Part shown: in pieces, positions 31,030 through 44,178 of the stretch
Position numbering within the stretch: position 1 is the stretch's first letter
How the letters are laid out: each line of letters begins with the position of its first letter
Assembly (NCBI GenBank): GCA_963733375.1
Contig: CAVTDB010000026.1
Span: 192,001 to 256,000 of the forward strand
Direction: 5' to 3'
Origin: Nitrospirota bacterium
GTDB taxonomy: Bacteria; Nitrospirota; JACRHJ01
Length of the DNA: 64,000 bases
Translations under genes and position numbers: made by a program
Notes under the pieces: model-generated
Told to the model about the DNA's origin: nothing
Databases searched by the model: none
The model's input: only the letters and a program-made list of their open reading frames with translations

Positions 31030-31049
31030 CTAAACTTTCGGTTATTTTT

Positions 31050-32347
31050 ATGGAAAACTTGAAAATTAAATAATTCTCGGGGCCGCTTAAAGGCTCCGTG
31101 CGCGTGCCGGGCGATAAGTCCATTTCTCACCGGGCCGTCATGCTGGGCGCTATCGCGGAAGGGACGAGCCGGGTATCGGGTTTCCTTACCGGCGAAGACA
31201 GCGTGAATACGGCAAAGGCGCTTGCCGCGATGGGCGTGGAGATAGAGGGCCTGGGCGGCTCGGAGCTTGATTATACACGGCGTCGGACTCCATGGACTTA
31301 AGGCCCCGAAGGACGTCCTCGACCTGGGCAACTCCGGGACGAGCATCAGGCTTCTCTCCGGGCTTCTTGCGGGGCAGGGTTTTCAGGCGACTGCTTACGG
31401 GCGACCAGTATCTTCGGAAGCGCCCCATGACCCGCGTGGTGAAGCCGCTTTCCATGATGGGCGCGCTTATCTCCGGAGAGGGGGACAAAAATTATCCGCC
31501 GCTTACCATAAAGCCGTCTGGCGGGCTTAAGGGTATAAACTATTCGTCTCCTATCGCCAGCGCGCAGGTGAAATCCGCCGTGCTGCTGGCCGGGCTTTAC
31601 GCCGAGGGTGAGACGACGGTCACGGAACCGATGAAGTCGCGCGACCATACCGAGCGGATGCTCAGGTACATGGGGGCGGAGCTGAAGACGGACGGACTGT
31701 CCGTTTCCATTGCAGGCGGACAGCGGCTTAAGGCCAGAGATTTCATGGTGCCGGGGGATTTATCTTCGGCGGCGTTTTTCATGGTCGCGGCGGCGGTCGT
31801 GCCGGATTCGAAGGTAGTAATAAAAGACGTGGGTCTAAATCAGACGAGGACGGGCATAATCGATATCCTGCGGCTGATGAACGCCCGCATTAACGTTGAT
31901 AACGTGCGCGAGGACGGTCCGGAGCCGGTGGCGGACATAACGGTCGAGCACTCGGACCTTCGCGGGATAGAGATAGGCGGGGAATTATTTTTGCGCGCTA
32001 TAGACGAGTTCCCGATAATCTGCATTGCCGCGCTCGCGGCTGAAGGGAAGACGGTAATCAAGGACGCCGCCGAACTTCGGGTGAAGGAATCGGACAGGAT
32101 AGCCGCAATGGCGAGGGAGCTAACTAAAGTCGGCGTGATGGTGGACGAGACTCCGGACGGGATGATTATTACCGGCGGGATGCCTATCCACGCGGCGGAA
32201 GTGGACAGCCACGGCGACCACAGGGTTGCGATGGCGATGGCGGTCGCGGGGCTTATTGCCGAGGGTGACGGTATGGTGATAAACGATACCGAGTGCATAA
32301 ATACTTCATTTCCGGGGTTTGTCGAACTTTTACATTCATTGGGGTAA
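31050..32347 (+). CDS. aroA: EPSP synthase (in-frame TAA at 31071 and frameshifts ~31270, ~31390, likely errors)
   Basis: [47 protein letters not shown]. Confidence 0.93.
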
Positions 32348-32350
32348 TTT

Positions 32351-32398
32351 CCCTGTTCCCCCCTCTTAAGTTAAGAGGGGGGCGCAGGGGGGCGTTAT
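32351..32398. repeat. REP-like palindrome
   Basis: CCCCCCTCTTAA-G-TTAAGAGGGGGG between aroA and cmk. Confidence 0.6.
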
Positions 32399-32401
32399 GT
32401 T

Positions 32402-33076
32402 ATGAAAAAAGTAATAGTCGCCATAGACGGCCCTTCGGGGGCCGGGAAGAGCACTGTCGGCAAGATGCTCGCGAAGGAACTGGGCTACCTCTATATAGAC
32501 ACCGGGGCCATGTACCGCGCAATCGGCTTGAAGGCTGTCCGCGAAGGTGTCGAGCTGAAAGAAGGGGACGCCCTCCGGAGCTTTGCAGAGGACGGAAGTG
32601 CAGACTTGTTCAGGCGGATGGCGGGTGTCAAGGTATATCTGGATAACGAAGACGTAAGCGAAGCGATCCGCACGCCGGAGATGGGCATGGTAGCATCCGC
32701 CGTATCCGCCCAGCCCTGCGTCCGGGAGAGGCTTCTTGAGCTTCAGAGGAAACTGGGCGAGGGCGGCGGGGTAGTGCTTGAAGGGCGCGATATAGGGACG
32801 GTGGTCTTCCCCGATGCCGAGGTGAAATTTTACCTGGACGCGAAGGTGGAGGAAAGGGCGAAGCGGCGCTGGCTGGAATTCCAGTCGAAGGGGATGGAGG
32901 CGGACCTTAAGACAACGATCGAAGACGTGGCGAAGAGGGACTACGACGACAGCCACCGTGAAATCGCGCCGCTGAAAATAGCCGAGGGCGCGGTAGTCGT
33001 GGACAGCTCCGGGCTGGGAATTAAAGAAGTGGTGGCCCTGATGAAGAAGAAGGTGCTGGAAGTTGCCGGGACCTAA
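32402..33076 (+). CDS. cmk: Cytidylate kinase
   Basis: AIDGPSGAGKST, DTGAMYR, EGRDIGTVVFPDA. Confidence 0.96.
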   Translation: MKKVIVAIDGPSGAGKSTVGKMLAKELGYLYIDTGAMYRAIGLKAVREGVELKEGDALRSFAEDGSADLFRRMAGVKVYLDNEDVSEAIRTPEMGMVASAVSAQPCVRERLLELQRKLGEGGGVVLEGRDIGTVVFPDAEVKFYLDAKVEERAKRRWLEFQSKGMEADLKTTIEDVAKRDYDDSHREIAPLKIAEGAVVVDSSGLGIKEVVALMKKKVLEVAGT

Positions 33077-33689
33077 GACGCATATCATCTACGACATATC
33101 GCACGCCATCTTTTATATCCTGTTTAAAATCTTATTCGGGTACAGGATTATCGGCCGCGAAAACGTCCCGAAAACGGGGCCTGTCATCCTCGCCAGCAAC
33201 CACGCGAGCTATCTCGACCCCCCATTTGTAGGCACGGCGCTGTGGCGCAGGGTAAATTTCGTCGCGCGTGACTCGCTTTTCAACAGGCCGTGGAAGAAAT
33301 TTTTTCTGGACAGATGTAATGCCTTTCCCATAAACCGCGACCGGCTGGACAAGACGACGCTGAACGAGATACTGGGCAGGCTTAAAAAAGGGGAGCCGGT
33401 ATGCCTGTTCCCGGAGGGTACGAGAAGCCTGGACGGCTCTTTACAGCCGGGTAAGGCTGGAATAGGTATGATAGTCTCTCTGGCGAAGGTGCCGGTGGTG
33501 CCGGTGTATGTGAGGGGAAGTTATTTGACGTTCGGGAAAGTACATAAGTCTTTCCGGCTTACGAAGGTTTCGGTGACTTTTGGAAAGCCGATGGATTTCT
33601 CGGGAACGGAAGGTAAAAGCCGGCAGGAGCGGTACCAGGGCATAGCCGACGCGATAATGGCGGAAATAAAAAGTCTTGAAGAAGCGTAA
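33063..33689 (+). CDS. plsC: 1-acyl-sn-glycerol-3-phosphate acyltransferase
   Basis: NHASYLD, FPEGTRS. Confidence 0.9.
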   Translation: MPGPKTHIIYDISHAIFYILFKILFGYRIIGRENVPKTGPVILASNHASYLDPPFVGTALWRRVNFVARDSLFNRPWKKFFLDRCNAFPINRDRLDKTTLNEILGRLKKGEPVCLFPEGTRSLDGSLQPGKAGIGMIVSLAKVPVVPVYVRGSYLTFGKVHKSFRLTKVSVTFGKPMDFSGTEGKSRQERYQGIADAIMAEIKSLEEA

Positions 33690-33798
33690 TTCCGCATAAA
33701 TATGCTGGAAAACCGTAATAAAATATGTTAGTATTTAAATCTTGCACGATTTCAGGCTTTATAGCCTGAAAATTAAAAAACCGGAGGTACGTAGTCTG

Positions 33799-35554
<1,756 letters not shown>

Positions 35555-35569
35555 GCTTCAGGAGGCTGG

Positions 35570-36466
35570 ATGAACAGGAAGCCCATTGCTTTCCTGATCG
35601 TCGGGGTAATTGTCGTCGTTGCGATTATAATCGCGCTTTCAACCGGCGCTTCACTCTTTTTGGGTGAAGCGCCGCTTGTGTCTTCAAATAAAGTCGCGGT
35701 TGTGAAGATAGAAGGAGTAATCCTCGACCCCGACGACGTAATAGACCAACTAAAGAAATATTCAAAAGACAGCTCGGTAAAAGCCATCGTCCTGCGCATA
35801 AACAGCCCGGGCGGGGCGGTAGTGCCCAGCCAGGAAATCTACGAGGAAATAAATAAAATCCGACGCAAGACCGGCCAGAAATTCGTCGTCTCCATGGGCG
35901 TTGTCGCGGCCTCGGGAGGCTACTATATCGCCTCCGCCGCGGACAGGATAGTCGCCAACCCCGGCACCCTTACGGGCAGTATCGGCGTCATCATGGAGTT
36001 TGCCTCCGCGGAGGAGCTTCTGAAAAAAATCGGGATCAAGGACGAGACCGTCGCCGTCGGCAAGCGCAAGGACGTGGGGGATTTCATGCGGACGATGACG
36101 CCCGACGAGCGGGATTACCTCCAGAGCGTGCTCCACGACGTGCATTCGCAGTTCGTGGATGCGGTCGCCGCCGGACGCAAGATGAAAACGCAGGACGTCT
36201 GGGCCCTGGCGGACGGGAGCATATATACCGGAATACAGGCGAAGGCGCTCGGCCTCGTAGACGACCTTGGCGACCTTGACGACGCCGTAAAAGTTGCCGG
36301 GAAGCTGGCGAATATTCAAGGCGAGCCGAAGGTGGTTACGGAAGAAAAAAAGACCTCGATCCTGGACCTCATCAAAGGCAAAGACGCCGGCAGCCTCTTC
36401 CGCGGCATCCTGGGAAAGAACCTCGGAGGCATGATGTACCTTTACGCCGCGCCGGAAATAAAGTGA
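35570..36466 (+). CDS. sppA: Signal peptide peptidase SppA (36K type)
   Basis: RINSPGG, AASGGYY, TGSIGV. Confidence 0.94.
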   Translation: MNRKPIAFLIVGVIVVVAIIIALSTGASLFLGEAPLVSSNKVAVVKIEGVILDPDDVIDQLKKYSKDSSVKAIVLRINSPGGAVVPSQEIYEEINKIRRKTGQKFVVSMGVVAASGGYYIASAADRIVANPGTLTGSIGVIMEFASAEELLKKIGIKDETVAVGKRKDVGDFMRTMTPDERDYLQSVLHDVHSQFVDAVAAGRKMKTQDVWALADGSIYTGIQAKALGLVDDLGDLDDAVKVAGKLANIQGEPKVVTEEKKTSILDLIKGKDAGSLFRGILGKNLGGMMYLYAAPEIK

Positions 36467-36577
36467 CAAAAAAACAATATCTTTAACCTTGACAACAGGT
36501 TATGGATATGTTATTTATTCGTTTAGCATCCTAAAGAAAGCCCATAGAGTTTCATATAAATCGGGGGGGAATAGTTT

Positions 36578-36859
36578 ATGACTAAGGCGGAACTTGTTGA
36601 GAAGGTCTCTGACAAGGTCGACGGTCTTACCAAGAAGCAGACCGAGGTAATTATCAATACCATTTTCGACAGTGTCAAAGAAGCACTTGCCGTCGGCGAT
36701 AAAATCGAGATCAGAGGCTTCGGAAGCTTCAAGATCCGCTCCCGCAAAGAGCGCGAGGGCAGAAACCCGAAGACCGGCTCCCCCGTTTCCGTGCCTTCCA
36801 AAAAAGTGCCTTTCTTTAAGGCGGGCAAGGAACTGAAGGAATTGGTGGACGGCAAGTAG
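36578..36859 (+). CDS. ihfB: Integration host factor beta / HU family
   Basis: MTKAELVE, IEIRGFGSF, GRNPKTG, PFFKAGKELKE; follows rpsA-sppA. Confidence 0.88.
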   Translation: MTKAELVEKVSDKVDGLTKKQTEVIINTIFDSVKEALAVGDKIEIRGFGSFKIRSRKEREGRNPKTGSPVSVPSKKVPFFKAGKELKELVDGK

Positions 36860-36941
36860 GGATACACCTGTAACTTTTCTTTCTCTATGGCAGGGGCTTA
36901 TTACATTGAGCCGCCTGCCTTTTTTGCTCTTAAGTGAAACT

Positions 36942-38216
36942 ATGGGCTATAAGGATATGCTGGGCCGGGGCGAAGTGGTAACCGTGGATGAGGCCCGCCG
37001 CATCTTTTACTCCTCGTACGTTCTGCCGGACCCGGAGACGGAGGAATTACCCCTTGACCTCCGCCCTCGGACGCGTGCTCGCCTCGGATATAGTCTCAGA
37101 AACCCCCCTCCCGGAATTCCCCCGCTCGTCTATGGACGGGTACGCCGCATCCTCCGCCGATACGTTCGGGGCATCCGAATCGCTTCCGGCTTATCTGAAA
37201 TTAGCGGGCGAAATAAAGATGGGCGAGCCGGCTTCAAAGCCGCTCTCGCGCGGGCAGGTCTTTACCATATCCACAGGAGGGATGCTGCCGCAGGGGGCCG
37301 ACGCGGTAGTGATGCTGGAACATACGCAGACCCTGGGCAAGGACGAGGTGGAGGTATTAAAACCCGTCGCGCCGGGCGAGAACGTGGTCCAGCCGGGCGA
37401 CGATATCAGGGCGGGTGAGACGGTGCTCCCTAAGGGCCACCGGCTCAGGCCGCAGGACCTGGGCGCGCTGGCGGGTATAGGGGTGACGCGGCCGCTGGTA
37501 TTTAAAATGCCGAAAGTAGCCATCATAAATACGGGGAACGAGATAATCCCGGCAGATAAAAAGCCTCTTCCCGGACAGGTACGGGATGTCAATTCATATA
37601 ACCTTGCCGGGCTGGTGCGGCAGGCGGGCGGGGTCCCGGTGCTGAAAGGCATATTCAAAGACGATTACGGCCAGATACGCGGGGCGGTTGAAGACGGCCT
37701 ATCCGAGTGCGATATAGTCGCGCTTACAGGCGGCAGCTCCGTCGGGCTAGGCGACCTGACGGCGAAGGTGATAAACGACGCGGGAGAAACCGGGCGTGCT
37801 CGTGCACGGGGTATCCGTCAGGCCGGGAAAGCCTGTTATAATAGGGGTGGTCAAAGGGCAAGCCGGTCTTCGGCCTGCCGGGGCATCCGGTCGCAGTGAC
37901 GGTATCCTTCGAACTTTTTTTAGGGCCGTTGATTAAAAAAGCATCCGGAGAGACCGACCCGCTGGGCATTGCCGGGATACCGAAGGTCAGGGTGGTGGAG
38001 GCAAAGATGGCCCGGAACTATTCCTCCGCGCCGGGACGCGAGGACCATCTGAGGGTCCTGCTCAAGTCCGAGGGAGGGGAGCTTTTCGCGCATCCGGTGC
38101 TCGGAAAATCGGGCCTTATATCCACCCTCGTGAAGGCGCACGGGACGGTGGTGATACCGGTCGAGAAGCCGGGACTTCAAAAAGGCGAAAAAGTAACGGT
38201 GAGGTTATTTGAGTAA
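36942..38216 (+). CDS. moeA: Molybdopterin molybdotransferase MoeA (frameshifts ~37055, ~37790)
   Basis: SSMDGYA, ISTGGMLPQGADAVVMLE, TGNE, GGSSVG, GLPGHP. Confidence 0.92.
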
Positions 38217-38222
38217 TGGCTT

Positions 38223-40302
38223 ATGCAGCGAAAAATCTACATAACCGCTACTCCGCTGGATGAGGCCCTGGCCCTGTGGCAGAGGCGCTTGACCGAGGCG
38301 GGCGTATGGAAGCCGCTTCCGGGCGAGCGGGTCGGCGTGGACGACTCCCTTGGGCGGGTGACGTCGGAGGCCGTGGCGGCAAAATTATCTTCTCCTTTTT
38401 ATCATTCGGCGGCGATGGACGGAGTGGCGGTACGCTTCGCCGATACGGTCGGCGCGTCCGAACATCATCCCAAAAAGCTGAAGCTGGGCGAGCAGGCGCT
38501 GTACGTCAATACCGGGAACCCGCTGCCTGACGGCATGGACTCCGTGATAATGGTGGAGGACATAAACGAGGCCGAGGGGGGTATATAGAGATAATCAGGA
38601 TGGGGGGTGGTGGGAGGAGGGAGAGATGTAGGAGAAAATGTAAGTAAGGAAAAGAAAGAGAAGAAAAAAAAAGAAAAAAGAGAGGAAAGGACATAAACGA
38701 CGTAGAGAATATCTATATCGAGATAATCCAGCCCGCTACCCCCTGGCAGCACGTGCGGGTGGTGGGAGAGGACATCGTGGCGACGGAGCTGATCGTCCCG
38801 GAGAACCACCTTGTCCGTCCGGCGGACCAGGCGGCGCTGATTGCGGGAGGCATCACCGAGCTTAACGTAAGGCGAAGGCCGAAGGCGGGGTTGATACCTA
38901 CGGGAGACGAGCTTGTCCAGCCGGGTACGGAACTAAAAAAAGGGGACATCATCGAGTACAACTCCCGCATGCTCTGTGGCATGGCTGGTGAGTGGGGCGC
39001 GGATTGCTAAAAGGTACGATATAGTGCCGGACGACCTGGGCGCGCTTAAGGCCAGGGTGCTGGAAGCGGTGCGTGAATGCGATATCGTCGCGGTGAACGC
39101 GGGCTCTTCCGCCGGGTCGGAAGACCATACGTACCAGGCGATAAGCGAGCTTGGGGAAGTGTTCCTGCACGGGATAAACACGAAGCCGGGAAAGCCCGTG
39201 ATACTGGGGATGGTAGAAGGGAAACCGGTAATAGGGGTGCCGGGTTATCCGGTCTCGGCGTACCTCGTTTTCAAGTTTTTCGCCCGCCCGCTCCTGTACG
39301 CCATGCAGGGGATGGAACCCCCCAGGGCCGAGAATATAAAGGCGACGCTCTCCCGGCAGATGTCATCACCGCTCGGGCAGGAGGAGTTTGTCCGGGTGAA
39401 GATAGGCAAGGTGGGAGAGAACGTAATCGCGACTCCGATGCAGCGGGGCGCGGGAGTGTTGATGACGCTGGTGCGGGCGGACGGCATCGTGCGCATCCCG
39501 GCGGCCTCGGAAGGTCTTGCGGCGGGCAGCAGTGTGGAAGCGGAGCTTTTGAAGCCTTCGGAGGAACTGGAAAATACCGTCGTCTGCATAGGGAGCCACG
39601 ACAATACTCTTGACCTGCTTGGAAATTTCCTGAAGAAAAGAAACCCGAAGCTCGGCCTGTCTTCCGCACATACCGGGAGCCTTGGCGGGATTATCGCGCT
39701 TGAAGAGAAACGAGGCGCATATCGCGGGGACGCACCTCCTGGACGAGGAGACGGGCGAATATAACGTCTCATACCTGAAGAAATACCTGCCGGGCAGGAA
39801 GGTATTCCTCGTGAACCTCGTTTACCGGGAGCAGGGGCTGCTGGTACAAAGGGGCAACCCGAAAGGCATAAAAGGTTTTGAAGACCTGCGGCGGCCTGAC
39901 GTTGTCTTCGTGAACCGGCAGGCCGGGGCGGGGACAAGGCTTTTAACCGACCTGTACCTGAAGCGCCTGGGCATTGAGGCGTCTTTGGTGCAAGGATACC
40001 AGCACGAGGAGTACACCCACATGGGCGTGGCATCCGCGGTGCTCTCCGGGGCGGCGGATACCGGGCTGGGGATACTCGCGGCGGCGCGGGCGCTGGGGCT
40101 GGATTTCCTGCCTGTCGCCCAGGAACGCTACGACTTGGCCATCCCCGGCGAATATTACGAGGACCCGAAGGTGCGTGCGCTTTTGAGCATAATCCGCGAA
40201 GACTCAGAGTTCCGCGAGGCGGTCACCGCCCTTGGAGGATACGACGTGCGGGACATGGGCAAAGTAATGTGGGAGGCCGGTGGACCGGCAGCAGACAGAT
40301 GA
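38223..40302 (+). CDS. MoeA fused to C-terminal periplasmic-binding-protein-like (PBP) domain; interrupted by a low-complexity insert (~38582-38712) and frameshifts
   Basis: AAMDGVA, TGNPLP, PTGDE, AGSSAGSED, GVPGYP; GSHD, REQGL, NRQAGAGTR, ERYDL. Confidence 0.88.
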
Positions 40303-41833
40303 CGCCGCTTGTGAAAAAATATTTCCTGAAACTTCCATACCCCTTCGGATAACGACAAGACCCCGGACCTCGAACGCGTCCTGGCGGGTCTTGGGCGCGA
40401 GGGGATAACTATTCAAAACGTCCCCATAGGGGTAGTCCGTAAACTGCCCGAAGCGCTGCGGGCGAATAATTTTGAAATAACCGCCACGGTAGGGTTCTTA
40501 AGCGAGCCGGAGCTTATAGACGTGGAGCCGGGGGAGCGGCTGGATAATAATTTCGGGCTTGCCGTGGACCTGGGCACGACGAACATCGTTGGCAAACTGG
40601 TCGATTTGAATACGGAGGCGACTGAAGCCGGTTTACTGCCCGAAGCCGGTCTACCGGCCGAGGCCTCGGAGACCAACCCCCAGACCGCCATAGGCGAAGA
40701 CATACTCGCGCGCATCCACCACTGCCTTAAGGCCGGAGGACTGGAAGACTTGAGGACGGCGGCGGTGGACTGCGTAAGCAGCCTGGCCGGGAAACTCGCC
40801 GGCGTTGCGGGCGTATCCGTAAACGATATTTCCTGCGCCTGCATATCCGGAAACACAACGATGTCGCATTTCTTCCTGGGGCTGGACCCGTACAATATCT
40901 GCCGCGCCCCTTATGTACCCGCCGCCAACCGCTTCGGCGCACTCACCGCAAGGGATATAGACCTGAAAATCAAGCCGGAAGCGCCGGTCCTAGTCCTGCC
41001 GAATGTCGGGAGCTATGTCGGCGGAGACGTCCTGGCGGGGATACTTGCGTCCGGGATGGCGGATAGGGACGGGATATCCATACTGGTGGACGTTGGGACG
41101 AACGCGGAAATAATTGTCGGCAACAGGGACTGGCTGGTCGCATGCGCGGGCGCGGCGGGCCCGGCGCTTGAAGGGGGAGTGGTGAGTTCCGGCATGAGGG
41201 CGGCCCCCGGCGCGATAGACAGGATAAAAATAGACGCCGACTATGAACCGTCCTTTACCGTAATCGGCGGCGTTCAGCCCGCAAGGGATGTGCGGCTCCG
41301 CGCTCATAGACCTGTTGTCCGAGCTTTTCAGGACGGGCTTAATTGACGGCAGGGGGAAATTTATCCCGGCAAAAACCAAAAGGATAATTGAAACTGAAGC
41401 GGGGCTGGCCTATAAGGTAACGGGCGATATAATCTTTACCGAAAAAGACATAGAGAACCTGATCCGGACGAAGGCCGCCATGTATACCGCGCTGACGGTT
41501 ATAACTACCGAAATAGGCATAACTTTTAATGATATCGAGTCATTTTTCGTGGCCGGCACGTTCGGCGAGTATATTGCGGCGGACAAGGCCGTCTCCATCG
41601 GGATGCTCCCGGACATCCCTCTTCATAAATTCAAGCTCCTGGGCAACTCTTCGCTTAAAGGCGCTACCTCTGCGCTCCTGGACCGGGACGCCCGTGAAAA
41701 AATAGAGAGAATAGCCGGGGTGGTAACTTACAAGGAATTAAACGCCAGCGCGGAGTTCATGAGCCTTTACCGGGCCGCCATGTTTTTACCCCATACCGAC
41801 GCCTCTCTTTTCCCGAGCCTGCATAAAATCTGA
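40299..41833 (+). CDS. ASKHA-domain ATPase (DUF4445/RACo-like corrinoid activator; frameshifts ~40340, ~41280)
   Basis: AVDLGTTN, GNTTM, YVGGD, DVGTNAE, AAGPALEG, CGSALID, AGTFG, GNSSL. Confidence 0.88.
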
Positions 41834-41964
41834 ATTATAAGGATGCTCTAGGAATTCAATTAATTTTTTACTTGACACGGAGTCCTTTACAGTACTAAAG
41901 TTGTCAAATATAAATGGCGTTATATTTCTGTAAATTTTAAGCCTTATCCTCGAAGGGAGCAAGC

Positions 41965-42381
41965 ATGGAAAACAACGATGACAAGGTTTGCAAGGAAAGC
42001 CTGCCTCTTTATCCGATAGGTATTGCCGCGGAACTGGTCGGGACGACGGACCAGACGCTGAGGCTTTACGAAAAGCACGGGCTGGTAAGCCCCGCGAGAA
42101 GAAATAAGAACCGGTTCTATTCGGACAACAACATCAAGTGGCTCCGCTGCGTACGCGAGCTGATCCACTCGAAGAAAATAAGCATAGAGGGAGTGAAGAA
42201 GCTCCTGGATTACGCGCCATGCTGGGACATACAGGGATGTTCGGAAGAGGTACGGGAACAATGTTCCGCCTTCGTGGACCGTTCTGCCCCATGCTGGGAA
42301 TTGACCCGGAAGCACTGCAAGAACGGCACGGATTGCGGCAAATGTGTCGTTTACTTAAGCGGGATGGAAAAGCGAAAGTAG
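41965..42381 (+). CDS. MerR/HspR-like regulator with Cys-rich C-terminal domain
   Basis: YPIGIAAELVG..QTLRLYE..GL HTH; PCW..C..C..PCW..C..CGKC tail. Confidence 0.85.
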   Translation: MENNDDKVCKESLPLYPIGIAAELVGTTDQTLRLYEKHGLVSPARRNKNRFYSDNNIKWLRCVRELIHSKKISIEGVKKLLDYAPCWDIQGCSEEVREQCSAFVDRSAPCWELTRKHCKNGTDCGKCVVYLSGMEKRK

Positions 42382-42450
42382 GAACGGTTAATTAAGCCTG
42401 CCCTTAAGTTTACCCTTTATTACCTTTTCCCATTACGGTAAAATGCACAG

Positions 42451-42906
42451 ATGAAGTTCGCCGCGGACGCCATGCTGGGCAGGCTCGCCAAGTGGCTTCG
42501 GCTCTTGGGCTTCGATACGTCTTACGAAACAGATATCGAAGACAATAAGCTTGTGCGGACGGCCCGGCAGGAGGGCAGGCTTATCCTGACGCGGGATACC
42601 CGGCTGGCCGGCAGGCTTCGCGAAGGGGAGGCGCTGCTGGTAACGGACGACCGGGTAAAAGTCCAGCTCACGCAGGTGCTGGATTTTTTAAAAATGCCGC
42701 CCTCCTCATTTGCTTTACTTTCGCGGTGCGCCGTTTGCAACGAAGTCCTTCGGGAGACCGGGAAAGACGATGTCCGGGACAGGGTGCCCGAATTCGTGCT
42801 CTGCCGGGAAAAAAAATTCAGACAGTGCCCGTCCTGCGGCAGGGTTTACTGGCCGGGCACGCATGCTGTAAGGATAGCGCAAACTTTAAAATCCCTTGGG
42901 CGATGA
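42451..42906 (+). CDS. Mut7-C RNase domain protein (DUF82)
   Basis: DAMLGRLAKWLRLLGFD, LTRD, RCAVCN, CPSCGRVYWPGTH. Confidence 0.9.
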   Translation: MKFAADAMLGRLAKWLRLLGFDTSYETDIEDNKLVRTARQEGRLILTRDTRLAGRLREGEALLVTDDRVKVQLTQVLDFLKMPPSSFALLSRCAVCNEVLRETGKDDVRDRVPEFVLCREKKFRQCPSCGRVYWPGTHAVRIAQTLKSLGR

Positions 42907-43956
42907 TGCCGGGCCTTAAAGACTTAAACATAAAAAAGACGGACGGCGCGAAGCTGTTACTATACTCGGCGCTGGCGCTGGCGGTCGTGGTGGTCGGCGG
43001 GACGCTGGGGTATTCGCGGCTTGAGGGCTGGACTGTCCTCGACTCGCTTTTCATGACCATAATCACGATCACCACAATTGGATACGGCGAGGTCCATCCG
43101 CTGGACCCGGCCGGCAAGGCGTTTACCATAACCGTTATACTTTTCGGTTTGGGGGCCGTGGCCTTCGCGGTGCGGAACGCGACGAGGCTGATGCTCGAAG
43201 GGGAGTTGGCCGACATCCTCGGGAGGAGGAAATTGGAGCAGAAGATAAAGAAGCTTAAGGACCATTACATCGTCTGCGGGTTCGGCAGGATGGGCAGGAT
43301 TATCTGCCAGGAACTCGCAAGCTAGCCCGGTGCCTTTCGTGGTCATCGAGAGAAACGCCGAAAACATCGAAGAGGCGGACTGGGAGAGATACCTGATAAT
43401 GCAGGGCGACGCCGACCGCGACGAGACGCTTGTCGAGGCCGGGATAAAAAGCGCGAAGGGGCTGATTTCCGTCGTATCCACGGATGCGGACAACCTCTAC
43501 ATCGTCCTGACCGCAAGGGGGCTTAACGACGGCCTTTATATCGTCGCGCGGGCGGGCGAGGAAGGCTCGGAGCAGAAGCTTCTGCGGGCCGGGGCAAGCA
43601 AGGTCATCTCCCCATATCACATCGGGGCGGACAGGATAGCCCAGGCGATGCTCAGGCCCGCGGTGGTGGATTTTATCGAGTTCGCGACACAGTCTGAGAA
43701 CATGGACCTGAAAATGGAAGAGGTCACTATCGGCAAAGGGTCTTCCCTCGTGGGGCGGGCGATCAAGGACAGCGGGATAAGGCAGGACCTGGACATCATA
43801 GTCGTCGCCATAAAACACGCGGACGGGAAGATGGAATTCAACCCGAACCCCGGCTCCATCCTCCGGGAAGCCGATTGTCTGATTGCGCTCGGACGTCCGG
43901 AGCAGGTGAAGCTCCTGGAAAAAATCACTTCGGATAACGGGGCCGCCGGAAAATAA
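42903..43956 (+). CDS. Potassium channel with TrkA-N/TrkA-C (RCK) domains (frameshift ~43320)
   Basis: TTIGYGE selectivity filter, CGFGRMG Rossmann motif. Confidence 0.93.
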
Positions 43957-43958
43957 AA

Positions 43959-44178
43959 ATGACAGCGGAGATTGGGAGAATACTTATTATAACCGGCGCG
44001 GTCCTGCTGGCGTTGGGCGCTCGTGTTCCTTTTATCCGGGAAGCTGCCGTGGATAGGAAAACTCCCGGGCGATATCGTCATACACAGGAAGAATTTTACG
44101 TTCTACTTCCCGCTCGCCACCGGCCTGATCGCCAGCCTGGTACTGACGCTCATCCTGTGGCTCACAGGCAGGAAATAA
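43959..44178 (+). CDS. DUF2905 small membrane protein (frameshift ~44020)
   Basis: Stitched: ..LPWIGKLPGDIVIHRKNFTFYFPLATGLIASLVLTLIL. Confidence 0.8.

Noticed and set aside
31071-31073. In-frame TAA in aroA as alternative genetic code
   Set aside because: TAA is used as a normal stop throughout; single base error is more likely
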